DNA from: Ginglymostoma cirratum
Taxonomy: Eukaryota
Direction: 5' to 3'
Assembly (NCBI GenBank): GCA_024137785.1
Contig: JAHRHZ010000002.1
Coordinates: 9,724,049 to 9,780,693 of the forward strand
DNA: 56,645 bases
Shown: in pieces, positions 12,101-22,784 of the stretch
Layout: every line of letters begins with the position of its first letter
How positions within the stretch are numbered: position 1 is the stretch's first letter
Made by a program: the position numbers and the translations under genes
The notes under the pieces: generated by a model
Told to the model about the DNA's origin: nothing
Seen by the model: only the letters and a program-made list of their open reading frames with translations
Databases searched by the model: none

Positions 12101-15100
12101 TGTTCATATTGATGTGTATCTGTGCAGTGTTCATGTCTCTGCCTAATAATGTGCACTTGCACACATCATAGAATCCCTACCATGTGGAAACAGGTCCTTC
12201 AGCCCAACAAGTCCACACTGAACCTCAGAGCATCCCACCCAGACCCACCTAACCCACACCTCCCTGAACACTATGGACAATTTAGCATGGCCAATCCACC
12301 TAACCTGCACATCTTTGGACTGTGGGAGGAAACCCATGCAGGCATGGGGAGAATGTGCAAACTCTGCACAGACAGACACCTGAGGCTGGAATTGAACCTG
12401 GGTCCCTGGCGCTGTGAGGCAACGGTGCTAACCACTGAGCCACCATGCTCCTAATGTGTATCAGTGTCAGCTTGCTGCATCTGTCAGTGCAGAGCTTCAA
12501 GGGAGCAGCAGGGTTCAGCATTTGGACTATAAGAATCTTGAACGCAGTACATTGTGATGGACAACGACTTTTATCAGGCCAAGAGAAGCCTCTTTGATCG
12601 TGCTCATATTGCACACGTTCTTTCGTATCTGCCTGTGGTTCATTAGTTCCCCTCCTTCCCAGCCATGAAAAGCCCATTGGAGACTGCTATCTGCTGTTCC
12701 GAACCAACCCAAAGCCCCTCTTCTGAGCTCAACAGCGAATTCTGTCAGCCCAGGCCTCTGGTTTCAATCCATGCAACCTCCCACTGCCACCTGCACCTTT
12801 GGTGCAATCTCTCTCTTATTTTCTTCCGCCCAGTGTTGGTCACTGTGAAAGGGATAAAATTGGGTCATTGTAATAAACCTGTCTAGAACCTTAGTGAGAC
12901 TGCACTTAGATTCCAGTGTGAAGACCCAGTTACTGTGTAATTTTAACAGAACAAAAATATGGAGACACTGGAAGGGGTGTAGAGGATGTGTACAGTGGTG
13001 GTAACAGAAATGTGTGGATCTAAATATTAGGACACCCTTAACATTCTCGGTCTGTTCCCTCTAGGGTGCAGGTTGGTAATAGAGGCCATTAAAATAACAA
13101 AGTGTTTCGTCAGCGTGGTGTCTTGGATCACAGCGTGTATCCGAGCAGTTCTTTTCCGATTCGGGTAAACATAAGTAAGAGAAGGCTCGACTACATTAAT
13201 TTGCTTAAACATTAATGTTTATTAAGTAATAATAAACAAGTATAGTGGTAAAAATAAGTGGAAGAGAAAAGGAAGAAACGCAAGTCTCACGCCCTCCTGG
13301 CCGTCAGGGGCCCCTCGACCAATGGCTGTCCCAGAGGCTTCAGTTCGTTCCTGGCACCATTCACAATTCCAAGCTAAGGCGAAGCCCTGCCCTTTGAAAT
13401 TAAACACTCTCTCTCCTATACAGTGTAATGAACAGCCAGCACAAAGAAAGCAGATACAAAAAGACAAAACTGCTGGTTGGCACAGAAAACACAGGATGGG
13501 AAAACAAGTGCAGGTGTCATCTTCAGCTCGGGAGGGAATGTCCATAGGACTTATTCAAGGTCATGCAGCTAGTCAACAATTATTCTAAACTTTCCCATCC
13601 TGAATAATATTTTCCCACGCAGCTGTCGAATATCATCATCACCTTTTAGTCCTTCAGCCCATTCTATCCACACGGGTACATTGTGAATGTTTCCTCTTGA
13701 TTTGAACACAGAACACCAATAAAACATCATTGCCAATTCGAGGGAATTTAAGAGAAAGTTATATATGCAAGGAGGAAATCCAGTGGGAGTGGTTGAAGAG
13801 GATAGTACGCATGGGTTCAAGGTGAAACTAAGCAGCAATATGAGGGAGAAGGCAGTAGTTAATTATGCTGATATGGTTCTGATAACAGTGGCTCAGTGGT
13901 TAGCACTGCCTTACAGCACCAGGGACCCAGGTTCAATCCCAGCTTCAGGCAACAGTCTGTGTGGAGTTTGCATGTTCTTTCTCTCTTTCTCTGTCCGTGG
14001 GTTTCCTCTCAGTGCACTAGTTTTCTCCTACAGTCCAAAGATGTACAGGTTAGGTCGATTGGACGTGGAAAATGATGGGTTACAGAGGTAGATGGGGATT
14101 TGTGTATGAGTGAGCTTCTGCTCAGGGGATCAGTGCAGACCCAATGGACTGAATGGCCTCTTTCCGCACTGTAGGCACTCTGTGTGAAATTCACATGAGT
14201 TTAGATGGGAGGAGGCCTGAGTGGAGCTTAGTCGCTAGAATGTAATAAGTGGGTTAATGGTCTGTGTAATCCTTATTGTTTGTCTCACACACACTGTGCC
14301 TCTCCTCTCTGTCTTACAGTGCCAGAGTTTCGCTCCCAGGTTTTTGCTGCTGTTGGCATTATACTTGGAGTACTCATGATCATCACAGTCCTCCTCATGG
14401 TTGTCATCATCTACAAACAGAGAGGTAAGATCCTGCACAAAATGTGGTAGGGTCCTACTAGATTTGGAGGGCTGTGGTGGGGGTGGAGGGAGGGGTGGGG
14501 AGGTGCTTGGGGCAGCTCGGGACCGTGGAAGTTAAGGGCTCAGTTTTGGTAGAGCTGCTCGGGGAGGCGAGGTGGTCCCGAGGTAACTCGGTGGTTGGGG
14601 ATTGCGTCAGGCTACGGGGCCCATGGGCTAACTGTAGTGACTCACCAAGGGTTTGAGGCGTTGAAGTGATCCAGCAGCGAGGGTCAACAGGGCAGGGGCT
14701 GGGGAAGGTTTTGTAAGTGCTCAGGTTTGGAGAGGCAGTCTCACTGTCTGCAGAAAGTACTTCTGGGTGGAATCCACTCCGGTAGGGAGGCTGGAGTTAC
14801 CAAACCTGGATGCCTCATCACATGACTAAGCCACGCTGCAGCCATTTGTTGACCAATCCATCCTCTTATTGCATCATTGCCTTCCTACACCAATCAGAAA
14901 GCAAGAAGACATCTTACCAACGGATAGTGCAGCCTTGGGGTGTTCCCACCCTCCTCGGGGGCTTTGCGGGATAGCGGGGTGGGTGGGAGGGTATGGATAA
15001 CAGACTTCCAGGGTGTCCCCATCTTCCTCAGGAGAGTCTCAAGTCAGCGAAGGGAGCACTGAATGGGTACAAGGGCACCAGGCTCTGGTTGAATGTTCTG

Positions 15101-16360
15101 TCTTCGAGGCGTAGGCTCCCATGGTCAGGAATGGGTTTCGGTTTGGCAGAGGCTCTCAGTTCACTCAGAAGGGTGGGAGAGAGTGATGAGAGACTGAAGA
15201 TGAGATATTCAGGTGAGTGACAGGGTCAGGTCCATGGGGAGGGAGGAGGTCAGGTGATTGTGGGAGTGAGGGGCTCAGGTCCAGTGGGAGTAAGGGACCA
15301 TAAAGTCATTGAGGTGTACAGCATGGAAACAGACCTTTCGCTCCAACTCGTCAAGGCTGACCAGATATCCTAAATTAATCTAGATCCATTTGGCCCATAA
15401 CCCTCTAAACCCTTCCTCTTCATGTACCCATCCAGATGCCCTTTAAATGTTATAAATGTACTCGGCTCCACGACCACCTCTGGCAGCTCATTCCATACGC
15501 GTATTACCTTCTGCATGAAAAGGTTGTTCCTTTGGTCTCTTTTAAATCTTTCCCCTGTCAGTCAGGTCCATGTGGGAGCGAAGGAGTTGGGGGGCCAGGT
15601 CATTGAGACAATGAGGACCATGATTTCAGGGTTGAAATGAGGAGCAACAGGATGGAGTGAGAGGTGGGAGGATTTGGTGGGAATTTGTAAGTCAGGGTGT
15701 GGTGGGAGCAGTGGGAGTGAGGGGGAATAGGTGAAGTGCGAGGGGCAACAGGGTGAGCTGAAAGTGAAATGGCACAAGGTGAGTTGGCAGTGAGAGGCAG
15801 CCGTGAGAGAAGGAGGGAGTGGCGGTGTCGGTGGGAGTGGGGGCCCAGTATTAATGTGGAGCTGGACCCAATGAGAGAAGGGTCCACCCTTTTCCTTTAA
15901 CTGGGCATTCTCATCAGTTTCCTGTCTAACAACATACTGGCAGAAAATCAATCGCTGAACTTTCCTTGTTTTTACAGTGAAAAGGAAGAGTGTCTACGTC
16001 CCTACACACAGTAAGCCGAACATGAACTGTCCTTTGGATCTCTGTGTGGCCATATCAATGCCCATTCTCTGACTGAAACACTCAACTGCTGATTCTCCCT
16101 CTGTCCATGTATCTCGATGTCTCTGACTCTGCGTGTGTGTGTGTGTGTGTCTCTGTGTCTTTGTGTGCATATGTATTTGTGCGTCTGTGTGCGTCCATGG
16201 CTCCCTGTATGTCACCTTTTCCCTTTTTCCATGTCTCCATCTCTTTCCCTGTTGCCCCTTGTGTGCTGGATGTGGTGTTGAATATTTTTAATACCTCCTC
16301 TTTCCATTAACAGCTTCTGATGGTTGGATGTCCTCAACCAGTTCTGCTGCCAGTTCCTAA
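131..16360 (+). CDS. MHC class I heavy chain gene, intact, probably a non-classical cartilaginous-fish lineage; join(131..179,3772..4032,7540..7815,9328..9591,14320..14424,15978..16010,16314..16360), 344 aa
   Basis: Seven coding exons with GT/AG phase-1 introns splice into an open 1035-nt CDS with leader, alpha1, alpha2, alpha3 (Ig C1), TM and two cytoplasmic exons. Confidence 0.96.
344..561. mobile_element. Palindromic hammerhead-bearing short retroelement (subfamily B)
   Basis: Inverted arms (agaagttgctgggaaagct...cagatgctgccagacc); degenerate hammerhead core; TSD aggtgattacgaa/agatggttacgaa (11/13). Confidence 0.75.
900..1020 (-). mobile_element. CR1-type LINE 3' UTR fragment
   Basis: aggagcaggagcaggccattcggcccttcgag is the reverse complement of a CR1-like 3' tail. 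Confidence 0.55.
1075..1210. mobile_element. Decayed palindromic hammerhead-bearing element
   Basis: ggaactcagcaggtc...taacgtttt...cttcagaac...agacccaaaacatt; degenerate version of the family. Confidence 0.5.
1520..2730 (-). mobile_element. CR1/HER1 LINE 3' fragment (RT region and tail), degenerate
   Basis: Minus-strand ORFs contain DLSKAFDKVPH, WIQNWL, FAVDAKIGG, QWAKEWQMEF and LFSLEFRRLRG; tail gactctat. Confidence 0.93.
2745..3110 (-). mobile_element. Second tRNA-type SINE family fragment, interrupted by an HE1 SINE
   Basis: Pieces at 2745-2850 and 3046-3110 match the elements at 22385-22625 and 28660-29015 (ggagtcacatgcagg, ttccttccct). Confidence 0.6.
2852..3043 (-). mobile_element. 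HE1-type V-SINE, 5'-truncated
   Basis: agaatccctacagtgtggaagcagg...gggcaatttagtatagccaattcacctaacctgc. Confidence 0.88.
3125..3366. mobile_element. Two partial HE1 SINE fragments in opposite orientations
   Basis: 3125-3213 on -; 3268-3366 on + ending actgtagggattct. Confidence 0.65.
3772..4032 (+). CDS. MHC class I exon 2, alpha1 domain
   Basis: Acceptor ttttgtttcag; translation DPHSLQY...VGYVDGVQFFNYDSD...FWER...RTNQSG; donor G|GTGAG; 261 nt. Confidence 0.96.
4410..4758 (+). mobile_element. HE1-type V-SINE, full length
   Basis: tRNA-like head (ggtggttagcgctgctgcctc...ggttcagttcc), V-domain gggtttcctcagggtgctccggtttcttcccacag, tail gattctat. Confidence 0.9.
4790..6850 (+). mobile_element. 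Old degenerate CR1 LINE segments (interrupted)
   Basis: CR1 ORF2-like remnants (ccttgttcaaaaaag, tggtgagagtacatctggaac, tggtctccttattta), split by the element at 5453-6054. Confidence 0.65.
5453..6054. mobile_element. Long (about 600 bp) inverted-repeat Penelope-like element with a hammerhead motif in each arm
   Basis: Arms at about 5461-5679 and 5810-6005 are reverse complements; 16-bp TSD aataaaagtggc(t/c)tgt at 5437-5452 and 6055-6070. Confidence 0.82.
6861..7210 (-). mobile_element. HE1-type V-SINE, full length
   Basis: Reverse-complement head ggcgcggtggctcagtggttagcactgctgcctcac, plus V-domain and tail. Confidence 0.93.
7540..7815 (+). CDS. MHC class I exon 3, alpha2 domain
   Basis: GIHWFQLMTGCDL...GWDGQDY...YLEEECIHWLNTYLDYG with both disulfide cysteines; donor A|GTAAGT; 276 nt. 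Confidence 0.96.
7820..8104 (+). repeat. G-rich low-complexity intronic tract (gggtgagt-like units)
   Basis: Repeated GGGTGAG/GGGGGAGTG units directly after the alpha2 exon. Confidence 0.7.
8105..9053. mobile_element. Solo LTR (949 bp) in MHC intron 3
   Basis: Termini TGTTACAA...TTGCAACA (7/8 inverted repeat); 5-bp TSD gtcgg/gccgg; AT-rich insert within a G-rich intron. Confidence 0.75.
9328..9591 (+). CDS. MHC class I exon 4, alpha3 Ig C1-set domain
   Basis: LSCLVTGFYPQAIEVTLWKDG...LPNHDRTYQ...YSCYVEHSGL; polypyrimidine acceptor; donor G|GTAAG; 264 nt. Confidence 0.97.
10518..10995 (-). mobile_element. CR1/HER1 LINE 3' fragment
   Basis: RGNFFTQRVVHVWKELPEEVLEAGTITTFKRHL. Confidence 0.92.
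11317..11493 (-). mobile_element. HE1-type SINE 3' fragment
   Basis: Tail and gcatttcccatggctaatcc...gggcaatt. Confidence 0.75.
12167..12448 (-). mobile_element. HE1-type V-SINE
   Basis: Head gcatggtggctcagtggttagcacc and tail gggattctatg on -. Confidence 0.92.
13119..13672 (-). mobile_element. Solo LTR (about 555 bp) in MHC intron 4; same family as 44656-45410
   Basis: TG...CA termini; AATAAA on - near 13220; high similarity to 44656-45410; degenerate TSD cgtgg/cgggt. Confidence 0.75.
13885..14183 (+). mobile_element. HE1-type V-SINE
   Basis: gtggctcagtggttagcactgcc...ggttcaatccc...actgtagg. Confidence 0.88.
14320..14424 (+). CDS. MHC class I exon 5, connecting peptide and transmembrane segment
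   Basis: VPEFRSQVFAAVGIILGVLMIITVLLMVVIIYKQR; acceptor ctctctgtcttacag; donor G|GTAAG; phase consistent with flanking exons. Confidence 0.92.
15297..15557 (-). mobile_element. CR1/HER1 LINE 3' end
   Basis: acagcatggaaacagacc...ccagatatcctaaattaatctag...tttaaatgtt. Confidence 0.85.
15978..16010 (+). CDS. MHC class I exon 6, 33-nt cytoplasmic exon (VKRKSVYVPTH)
   Basis: Acceptor ttgtttttacag; donor A|GTAAG; 33 nt containing a Tyr, as in class I exon 6 of other vertebrates. Confidence 0.85.
16132..16195 (+). repeat. (GT)n microsatellite, imperfect, in MHC intron 6
   Basis: cgtgtgtgtgtgtgtgtgtctctgtgtc... Confidence 0.85.
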
Positions 16361-16361
16361 G
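16314..16361 (+). CDS. MHC class I exon 7, Ser-rich cytoplasmic tail TSDGWMSSTSSAASS* (stop 16358-16360)
   Basis: Acceptor tttccattaacag; 48-nt exon; TAA followed directly by the donor G|GTATG. Confidence 0.85.
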
Positions 16362-16807
16362 GTATGAATAGTTTTCGTCAATGGCAATAGCAGATCATTG
16401 TAACTGCGATACAGGAGCTGGTGTTAACTGTACGATCTGAAGGGTGGACTCCTACCTCAATGTCTCTCTCTCTCTGTGCGATCACTAAAGATCAGCTCAT
16501 ACAGTTCAACGCTGAGCTTTCAGACTGACTTCAGAAGGCTGCCCCTGTGTGAGTCTGAACCTCAAAGTATCTTTGAGAGGTGATGTTTGGTTATAGAAAC
16601 ATCACATCCTGGATGTGGCGTCCTGTCAGCTGCTTGACTTCCTGAAGGGAGTTGATTCTCTAGGAGTTCTCGTTGCAGTTTGTTCCTGGAGTTTCACGTT
16701 GCTTTCCCAAGATTGTGAATTATTGGGTGTTTGTGCAATGCTGTTTGGTGGGCGGGGTCTGGATCTGATGGAGAAATTGCAGCAGTTCAGGAAATTAGAC
16801 CATGAGG

Positions 16808-17330
16808 AGTTAGTCATACAGCACGGAAACATACCTTTCGGCCCAGCTCGTCAATGTCAATCAATTTTCCCAATTTAAGCTCGTCCTTTTAGCTTATATT
16901 TGGCCCATATCCCGTTAAACCTTTCCTATTCATGTATTGGCCAAACATCTTTTAAACGTTGTAACTGTAGCTACACCTACCACTTCCTCTAGCAGTTCAT
17001 TCCTCATACGAACCATGATCTTGGAGGGAGTGCAGCGTCGACGGACCAGAATGAAACCTGGACTTTAAGAGTTAAATTACAAGGAGAAATTAAACAAACT
17101 AGGGCTGTGTTCACGTGAAATCTTGCAGGTTAAGGGCTGGTTTGATCGAAGCTTTTGCGGTATTAAAGGAAATAGCTATTTTGATGGAGGGAAGCTTTCA
17201 GTTGATTGGGGAGTTTCAAAGTCTCGGTCCAAAAGTTTACTCATCGAGAGTGCAATTAAGAAGCTCTTCCACACAAAAGGGTGGGAAATGGTTGCAACAC
17301 CAATCCTCAAAATGTAATTGACGTTAAATG
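16808..17330. mobile_element. Two CR1 fragments (16808-17015 on -, 17020-17330 on +)
   Basis: A CR1 3' tail on - abuts a degenerate LEGVQRR...LFT-type coding remnant on +. Confidence 0.7.
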
Positions 17331-18574
17331 AACTGTTAATGAGTCTGCAAACAGAAAGCTATAAACCTCCAAAGGAGGGAAATCAAGGAAAAGTCAACAC
17401 ATTTGAAGATAGGCCAGAGATCCTCCATGATCACAATATATTCAGGGGTTAAGAGGTTTCCTGCCCTGCCATTCCCAGCTCTGGGAATTTTGCACATACA
17501 ATGGATCTTGGTCAGCTGGCTTATTCCCAATGGGTTTTGTTGTGGGCTTTTGATTTGATTTCAATTTGTTCATAGGCTGTAGGTTGTTGTTTGTACATCC
17601 CAGATTTATTCCAGATTGCCATTGCATTTATTGAGGTCTCGCGTCTGCTCTTTATTCCCTCACTCAGTAACCATTGTTTCTTCCTCTTCCGCAGTGGCCT
17701 ACCATATCCGACTGGGAATCCACAGACGCCATTTCCCAAGGCCAGCGGCTGAAATCAAGGAGAGATTTGTGGAGGACTGATTCCTGCTCAATCTCAAATT
17801 CTGGTGTGTTTTGAAAATCTGACTCCAAATCGTGGCAATATTAACATTTCACTGTGAAGCCCTGACCTGCTAATGTTTAAGCTGCATGATCATGTTTGAC
17901 CCCCTTCACTGGTGCTGTTCATCAGTGGGATAGTCCCAGACCTCAAATCGAATATCTCTGCACCTTTAGTACTCGAATAACCCTTTCTTATAGTAACAGA
18001 ACATGGCAATTCTTGTCGAGACTGATTGATTGAACCCAAACACTGCCTGACTGTGACATTATCTGTCCAAATGCAAGAGAGGACCAGACGACAGCACCGC
18101 AGGATAAAGGGACATCAATTTAAAACCGAATTGAGGAGGAGTATCTTCTCTCCGAGGCTTTGGAATTCTTTGCCGCAGAGAGCTATGGGAGCAGAGTCCT
18201 TGTGCATACTTAAAGCTAACGTAGATCTATTTGGGTGGAATCAACGTTTATGGGGAGAAAGGAGGAAAGTCGATGTGAAGAGTGTTCTTCTTACTGAATA
18301 GCAGAGCAAGCTCAAGGAAGGGAAAGGAATGTTCCTGTCTCTATTTGTTATGGTCTTATAAGCCTTCTATCACAAGCCCTTCTCTTTGCCCAGGTCAAGT
18401 CGCTATCTCAGAATCTCTTGACTTCACATGTTCCCCACGTTCGGACGAGCGCCCAATGCTATGTCTGACCCTAAAGCAGGGACATGGTGGTGTGCAGGGC
18501 TCCTGTCTGGAATTCAAGTCTCCACCATTCTGTCCAGGCCCCTCGGATTCTCCTCACGTTCTTATCTTTTTGAA

Positions 18575-18860
18575 TAAAAGCAAAGTACTGTGGATGTTGG
18601 AAATCTGAAGCAAACAAAGGGGACTCTGGAGAACCTCAGCAGGCCTAGCAGCATCTATGGAGATAAAAAGCAGAGTTAACATTTCAAGTCCGATCTGACT
18701 CTTCAGAAATGGAGAGAAGAATGGAACGAATTCTTCTGTTCGGCGGTATAGTCATGTCTGACTGGAGACATTAACTCTGTTTCTCCACGGATGCTGCCTG
18801 AGATTTTCGGTATTCTGTGTGTTTGATTCTTTTGTTTTCAGTCGGGCTGCCGGCTTCGTC
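18575..18860. mobile_element. Palindromic hammerhead-bearing element (decayed) within the putative MHC 3' UTR
   Basis: actgtggatgttggaaatctgaa...ctcagcagg...gttaacatttcaagtcc...ctcttcag, then the inverted arm cattaactctgtttctccacggatgctgcctg. Confidence 0.65.
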
Positions 18861-18959
18861 TTCCATTCCTGACAGTTTGTTTTTGTTTTTAATCTTTTGG
18901 AATCTTCCAAAATCCCCAGTGTCAATGAAACGTTTTGTCAACAAGGGCCTCAAACTATG

Positions 18960-19257
18960 TTTGGATAGCACTGCTATATCACCGTGCCAGGGATGCGGGT
19001 TCGATTCCTCCCTCGAGCAGCCATATGTGTGGTTGTACATTCCAGTGTCCTCCAACAGTCTAAAGTTGTGCAGGTTAGGTGGATTGGCCATGCTAAATAT
19101 CCCAGTGTCCAGGGATGTGCAGGCCATGTGGATTAGCTATGGGAAATGTGGGGTAATAGGGATAGTGTGGGGGGTTTGTCTGGGTGGGGAGCTGTCCAGA
19201 CAGTTGGCGTGGACCCGATGGCTGAATTGCCAGCTTCCACACTGTAGGAAATTCTAT
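18960..19257 (+). mobile_element. HE1-type V-SINE
   Basis: Box B gggttcgattcc; ttaggtggattggccatgctaaat; tail actgtaggaaattcta. Confidence 0.82.
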
Positions 19258-20894
19258 ATTTCCCATCAACTCTCCTTTGCGCTGCTTTAATGAGGGTAGA
19301 ACGCAAACAGCGATTAACACTTAAAAGTGTGGCGTGACCAATTCTGAGCCAACATCAGTGAGAATTCTTGCTGTTTCTAGCTCCTGGAGACCAGCTTTCA
19401 AGCTGCTTCACTTTCCATTCCTGACTCTGGAGGCTCAAATGGCAAGGAGATTCACGGGAACAGGGAGAATAAGGTAAGGGGTTGGAAAGGGAGGGTTCGG
19501 CAATGAGACCTGAGTGGTGCCCCTTCCCCTCCCCCCAATCCTTGTCATAATTGACCCCAAACCCAGCAAGCAACTTGCCCTTGTTCTCCAGCTGGGAGAC
19601 CAGCCACGTCTGTTCCCTCCTGGGAAGATAGTTAACCAAGCTCTTCATTAAGCTTCTTAATTGGCCGCTGATGGTGGATAAAGAAGTCAGCCATGGACAT
19701 TGACACTGAACTTTAATCACTGAGTTGGTGAGAAGCTTGTCTGTTGGGCCAAATTGCACAACTATTTACCCTTCCTGACATCTTCCTCGCAACTTCAAGG
19801 GAGTTTGCAATCACGCATTTTAATTCCTGCATAAGAATCACCTATTCAAATCACAGCTAGTGAAAACTATAATTTAAAACTGTCCTGAAAGTCATTTCAC
19901 GAGACTGAAGCGTGTGAATCATGCTGAATCAGGTGTCATGAAATTGATGGAGTTTACAATCGATCACTTTATTTAAATTACTCTTTTTAATAAGCAAATG
20001 TAGCAATTTTCAAGTATTTTAACAGAAACAACCTGTGCAATAAACCGTTTGGATGTTTGATTTGTACTTTTTTCAAATCGAGATTTCCGTTTTCCCTTTA
20101 AGTTTGTCTTCCCATTTATTTTTACAGTAACTGAGCTTCCTTCTAAGCCTGCTGGCTCTGTACCATTATCAGGTCAAAATCAATGCATCTTTTGGGGAAG
20201 ATTTTGATTCCTTTTAGGTTCAAATTAGCAAGAACCATTAATGACAATAAGCAAACTGCTTGCAGAGGTTTCACAAGGGAAGTTGGTGCTTGTCAAAGGA
20301 CTTAATAATTTTTGAGGAGGTTACGGACCTGGAAAATGTGTTCGATGTAGACCGGAGGATATTTAAGAAACCCATGTTACCTCATAGGGGTGATAAGAGA
20401 ATATTAAATTAGCACTTTGTGTCAGTCTTCACCCAAAAGACAGCTTTAATAGGAGCACAATGTCCTTGTACCATTCGAGCCGGTCATTCCAGATTCGGAC
20501 CTGGAATGAAGAAAACTTACAAGTTACACCTTGAGGTCCTGTCTAGCACCTCAAACAGTGGTTCCTGCCTTTGACGTTTCAATTGTTTCCATGCAGAAGT
20601 CGGCCACCCTGGGCAAGTGGATGAGCTGAGGCATTGTACATAGTCCCGTCTTAGAGTAGAAACAGCAGAGGGAAGATGCCTGGGTGCGCAAATCTCGAGA
20701 GGTTTCTGAACTAGTTGAGAATAGCTGCCAAAAAAGCACAAAGTACTCCTGAACTTTTAAGACCTCCCAGAAGATCTGGTAGGAGAAGCCATGGCCTAGA
20801 GGTATTGTTGTTAGATTATTAATCCAGAAACATGTTCGGGAAGCATGGGTTTAAATCCTGCCATGGCAGATGGTAGAATTTGGATTCAAAACTG

Positions 20895-22383
20895 CTGTTT
20901 CCTTGATAGCAATGATTTGGATGTGAATATTGGTGGTGTAGTGGACAGTGAAGAAGGTTAGCTCAGAGAATTTCAGGACATTGATCAGATGGGCTACAGA
21001 GTGGCAGGGGGAGATCAATTTAGATAAATATGAGCAGTTGCATTTTGGTAAGGCAAATAAGGGCAGGACTTATACACTTAATGGTAGGGTCCTGGGGAGC
21101 GTTGTTGCATAAGGAGACCTTGTGGTGCAGGCTCATAGGTGTTTTGAAAGCGGAGTCACAAGTAGACAGTGTAGTGAAGAAGGCTTAACTTTATTGACCA
21201 GTGCATTGAGTATAGGAGTTGGGATGTCATGTTGCAACTACACAGGATTTTAGTGAGGCCATTTTGGATACCTGCATTCAATTCTGATGTCCCTGCTGTA
21301 AGGAGTGCAGAAAAGATTTACAAGGATATTGCCGGGGTTGGAGGGTTTTAGATATAGGGAGAGGCTAAATTAGCTGGAGCTATTTTCTCTGGAGCATTGG
21401 AGGCAGAGGGGTGACCTCAGGCATTTATAAAATCACAAGGAGAATGGATACGGTGAATGGTAAATTTTTTTCCCGGGGTAGGACGGTCCAAAAGTCGAGG
21501 GCACAGATTTAAGGTGAAGGGGGAATGATTTAAAAGGAACATAAGAGGCAACTTTTTCACATAGAGAGTGGCGCAAGTATGGACCGAGCTGCCGGAGGAA
21601 GTGGTGGAGTGTGGTACAAATTACAACATGTAAAAGGCATTTGGATGGGTATATGAATTGGAAAGGTTTAGACGGATTATGGGCCCAAAATGCTGGCACA
21701 TGGGGCTAGGTTGTTTTAGGATATCTGTCAGCATAGATGAGTCGGCTGTGTTATGGACCAGTCAAAACCACCTCAAAATATTTAAAGAAGATTGCCTGGA
21801 CCTTAACTTTTTCTTATTTTAAAGGTAGATGTGAAGTGCGTGTTACAGATGTGATGCCACTGGTCAAACTACTGAATGTTAAGCAAAACATCATTTATTT
21901 AAACACTATAATTAAAATACAAACAAAAGAAAGAGGAATTTAGAATAACTTAACAATTGGAAAATTTAAATGAATAATAGATGCAGTACCTCTTACTAAT
22001 TTACTGTTCCAGTATAGTAGCATCCCATAAACACACCTCTTGGCAGAAAGGCAAAATCAGACACAGTTTCTTGGAGGAGATTCAGGAGGAAACAATGTTA
22101 AGGGAGATTTCAGAAAGTCGCTGCTAGGAATCAGTTACTGAGGCTTCTAACTCTTCTGCGACCCAAACAGCTTCTCACTACTGTGTGAGCTGGCCACTCC
22201 CATTGTTACAATCTTTTAAGGGAAAAACCGAAAGGATCTAAATTGTTTACTTAGGCCATTTTCAGAAGGCAGTTCTCTACCTCTGACTTTACAACTTCTC
22301 TTCAAACTAACCTTTTTAAAGTGACAGCAGCATCACAACTGAAAGGTCTATACTGAGCTGTTCAACTCTATGACTCTCTGACT
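20895..22383 (+). mobile_element. CR1/HER1 LINE 3' fragment, interrupted by a solo LTR
   Basis: CR1 RT C-terminal region at 20895-21748; 3' tail (gactct repeats) resumes at 22338-22383. Confidence 0.88.
21749..22337 (-). mobile_element. Solo LTR (589 bp)
   Basis: TGTTATG...CATCACA termini; 4-bp TSD gctg/actg; AATAAA on - near 21895; splits a CR1 tail cleanly. Confidence 0.8.
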
Positions 22384-22649
22384 GAATCTGGAATTAAAGT
22401 CTAATGATGACCATGAAACCATTGCAGATTGTTGGAGAAGCCAATCAGGTCTATTAAAGCCATTTAGAGGAGGAAATCTGCCATCCTTACCTGGTCTGGC
22501 CTACTTGTGACTCCAGATCTGTAGCAATGTGATTGATTCTTGACAGCTGTCTGGGCAATAGGAGATAGGCAATAGAGGTTGGCCTAGACAGAGACGTCCA
22601 CATTGCATGAGTGAATTAAAAAAAAGTGTATTCCTCTACTGAAAAGTGG

Positions 22650-22778
22650 AACACTTAAATGGTGGAGATCTGTAGCTAACACAGAAAATGCTAGAGAAAC
22701 TCATCAGGTCTAGCAGCATCTGTGGAGAGTGAATGAGTTGACATTTTGATTCCACTATGGACCTTCTTCAGAACTGAG
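22650..22778 (-). mobile_element. Hammerhead-bearing short element (single arm)
   Basis: On -: agtt-CTGAAGA-aggtcc atagt ggaatc-AAAATGTC-aact, with a 4-bp stem I (agtt/aact). Confidence 0.65.
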
Positions 22779-22784
22779 AACCAG

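Larger units (their letters stand above)
17695..20065 (+). other. Probable non-coding terminal exon (3' UTR) of the MHC class I gene
   Basis: Strong acceptor ttcttcctcttccgcag ending at 17694. AATAAA at 18573 and at 20039; the second is preceded by AU-rich sequence and followed by a GT/T-rich tract. The 3' end is uncertain. Confidence 0.5.
20785..22625 (+). mobile_element. tRNA-type SINE (second family) split by nested CR1 and LTR insertions
   Basis: Head at 20785-20890 (tggcctagaggt...gggtttaaatcctgccatggcagatgg) resumes at 22385 and runs to an A-tail at 22625. Confidence 0.72.
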
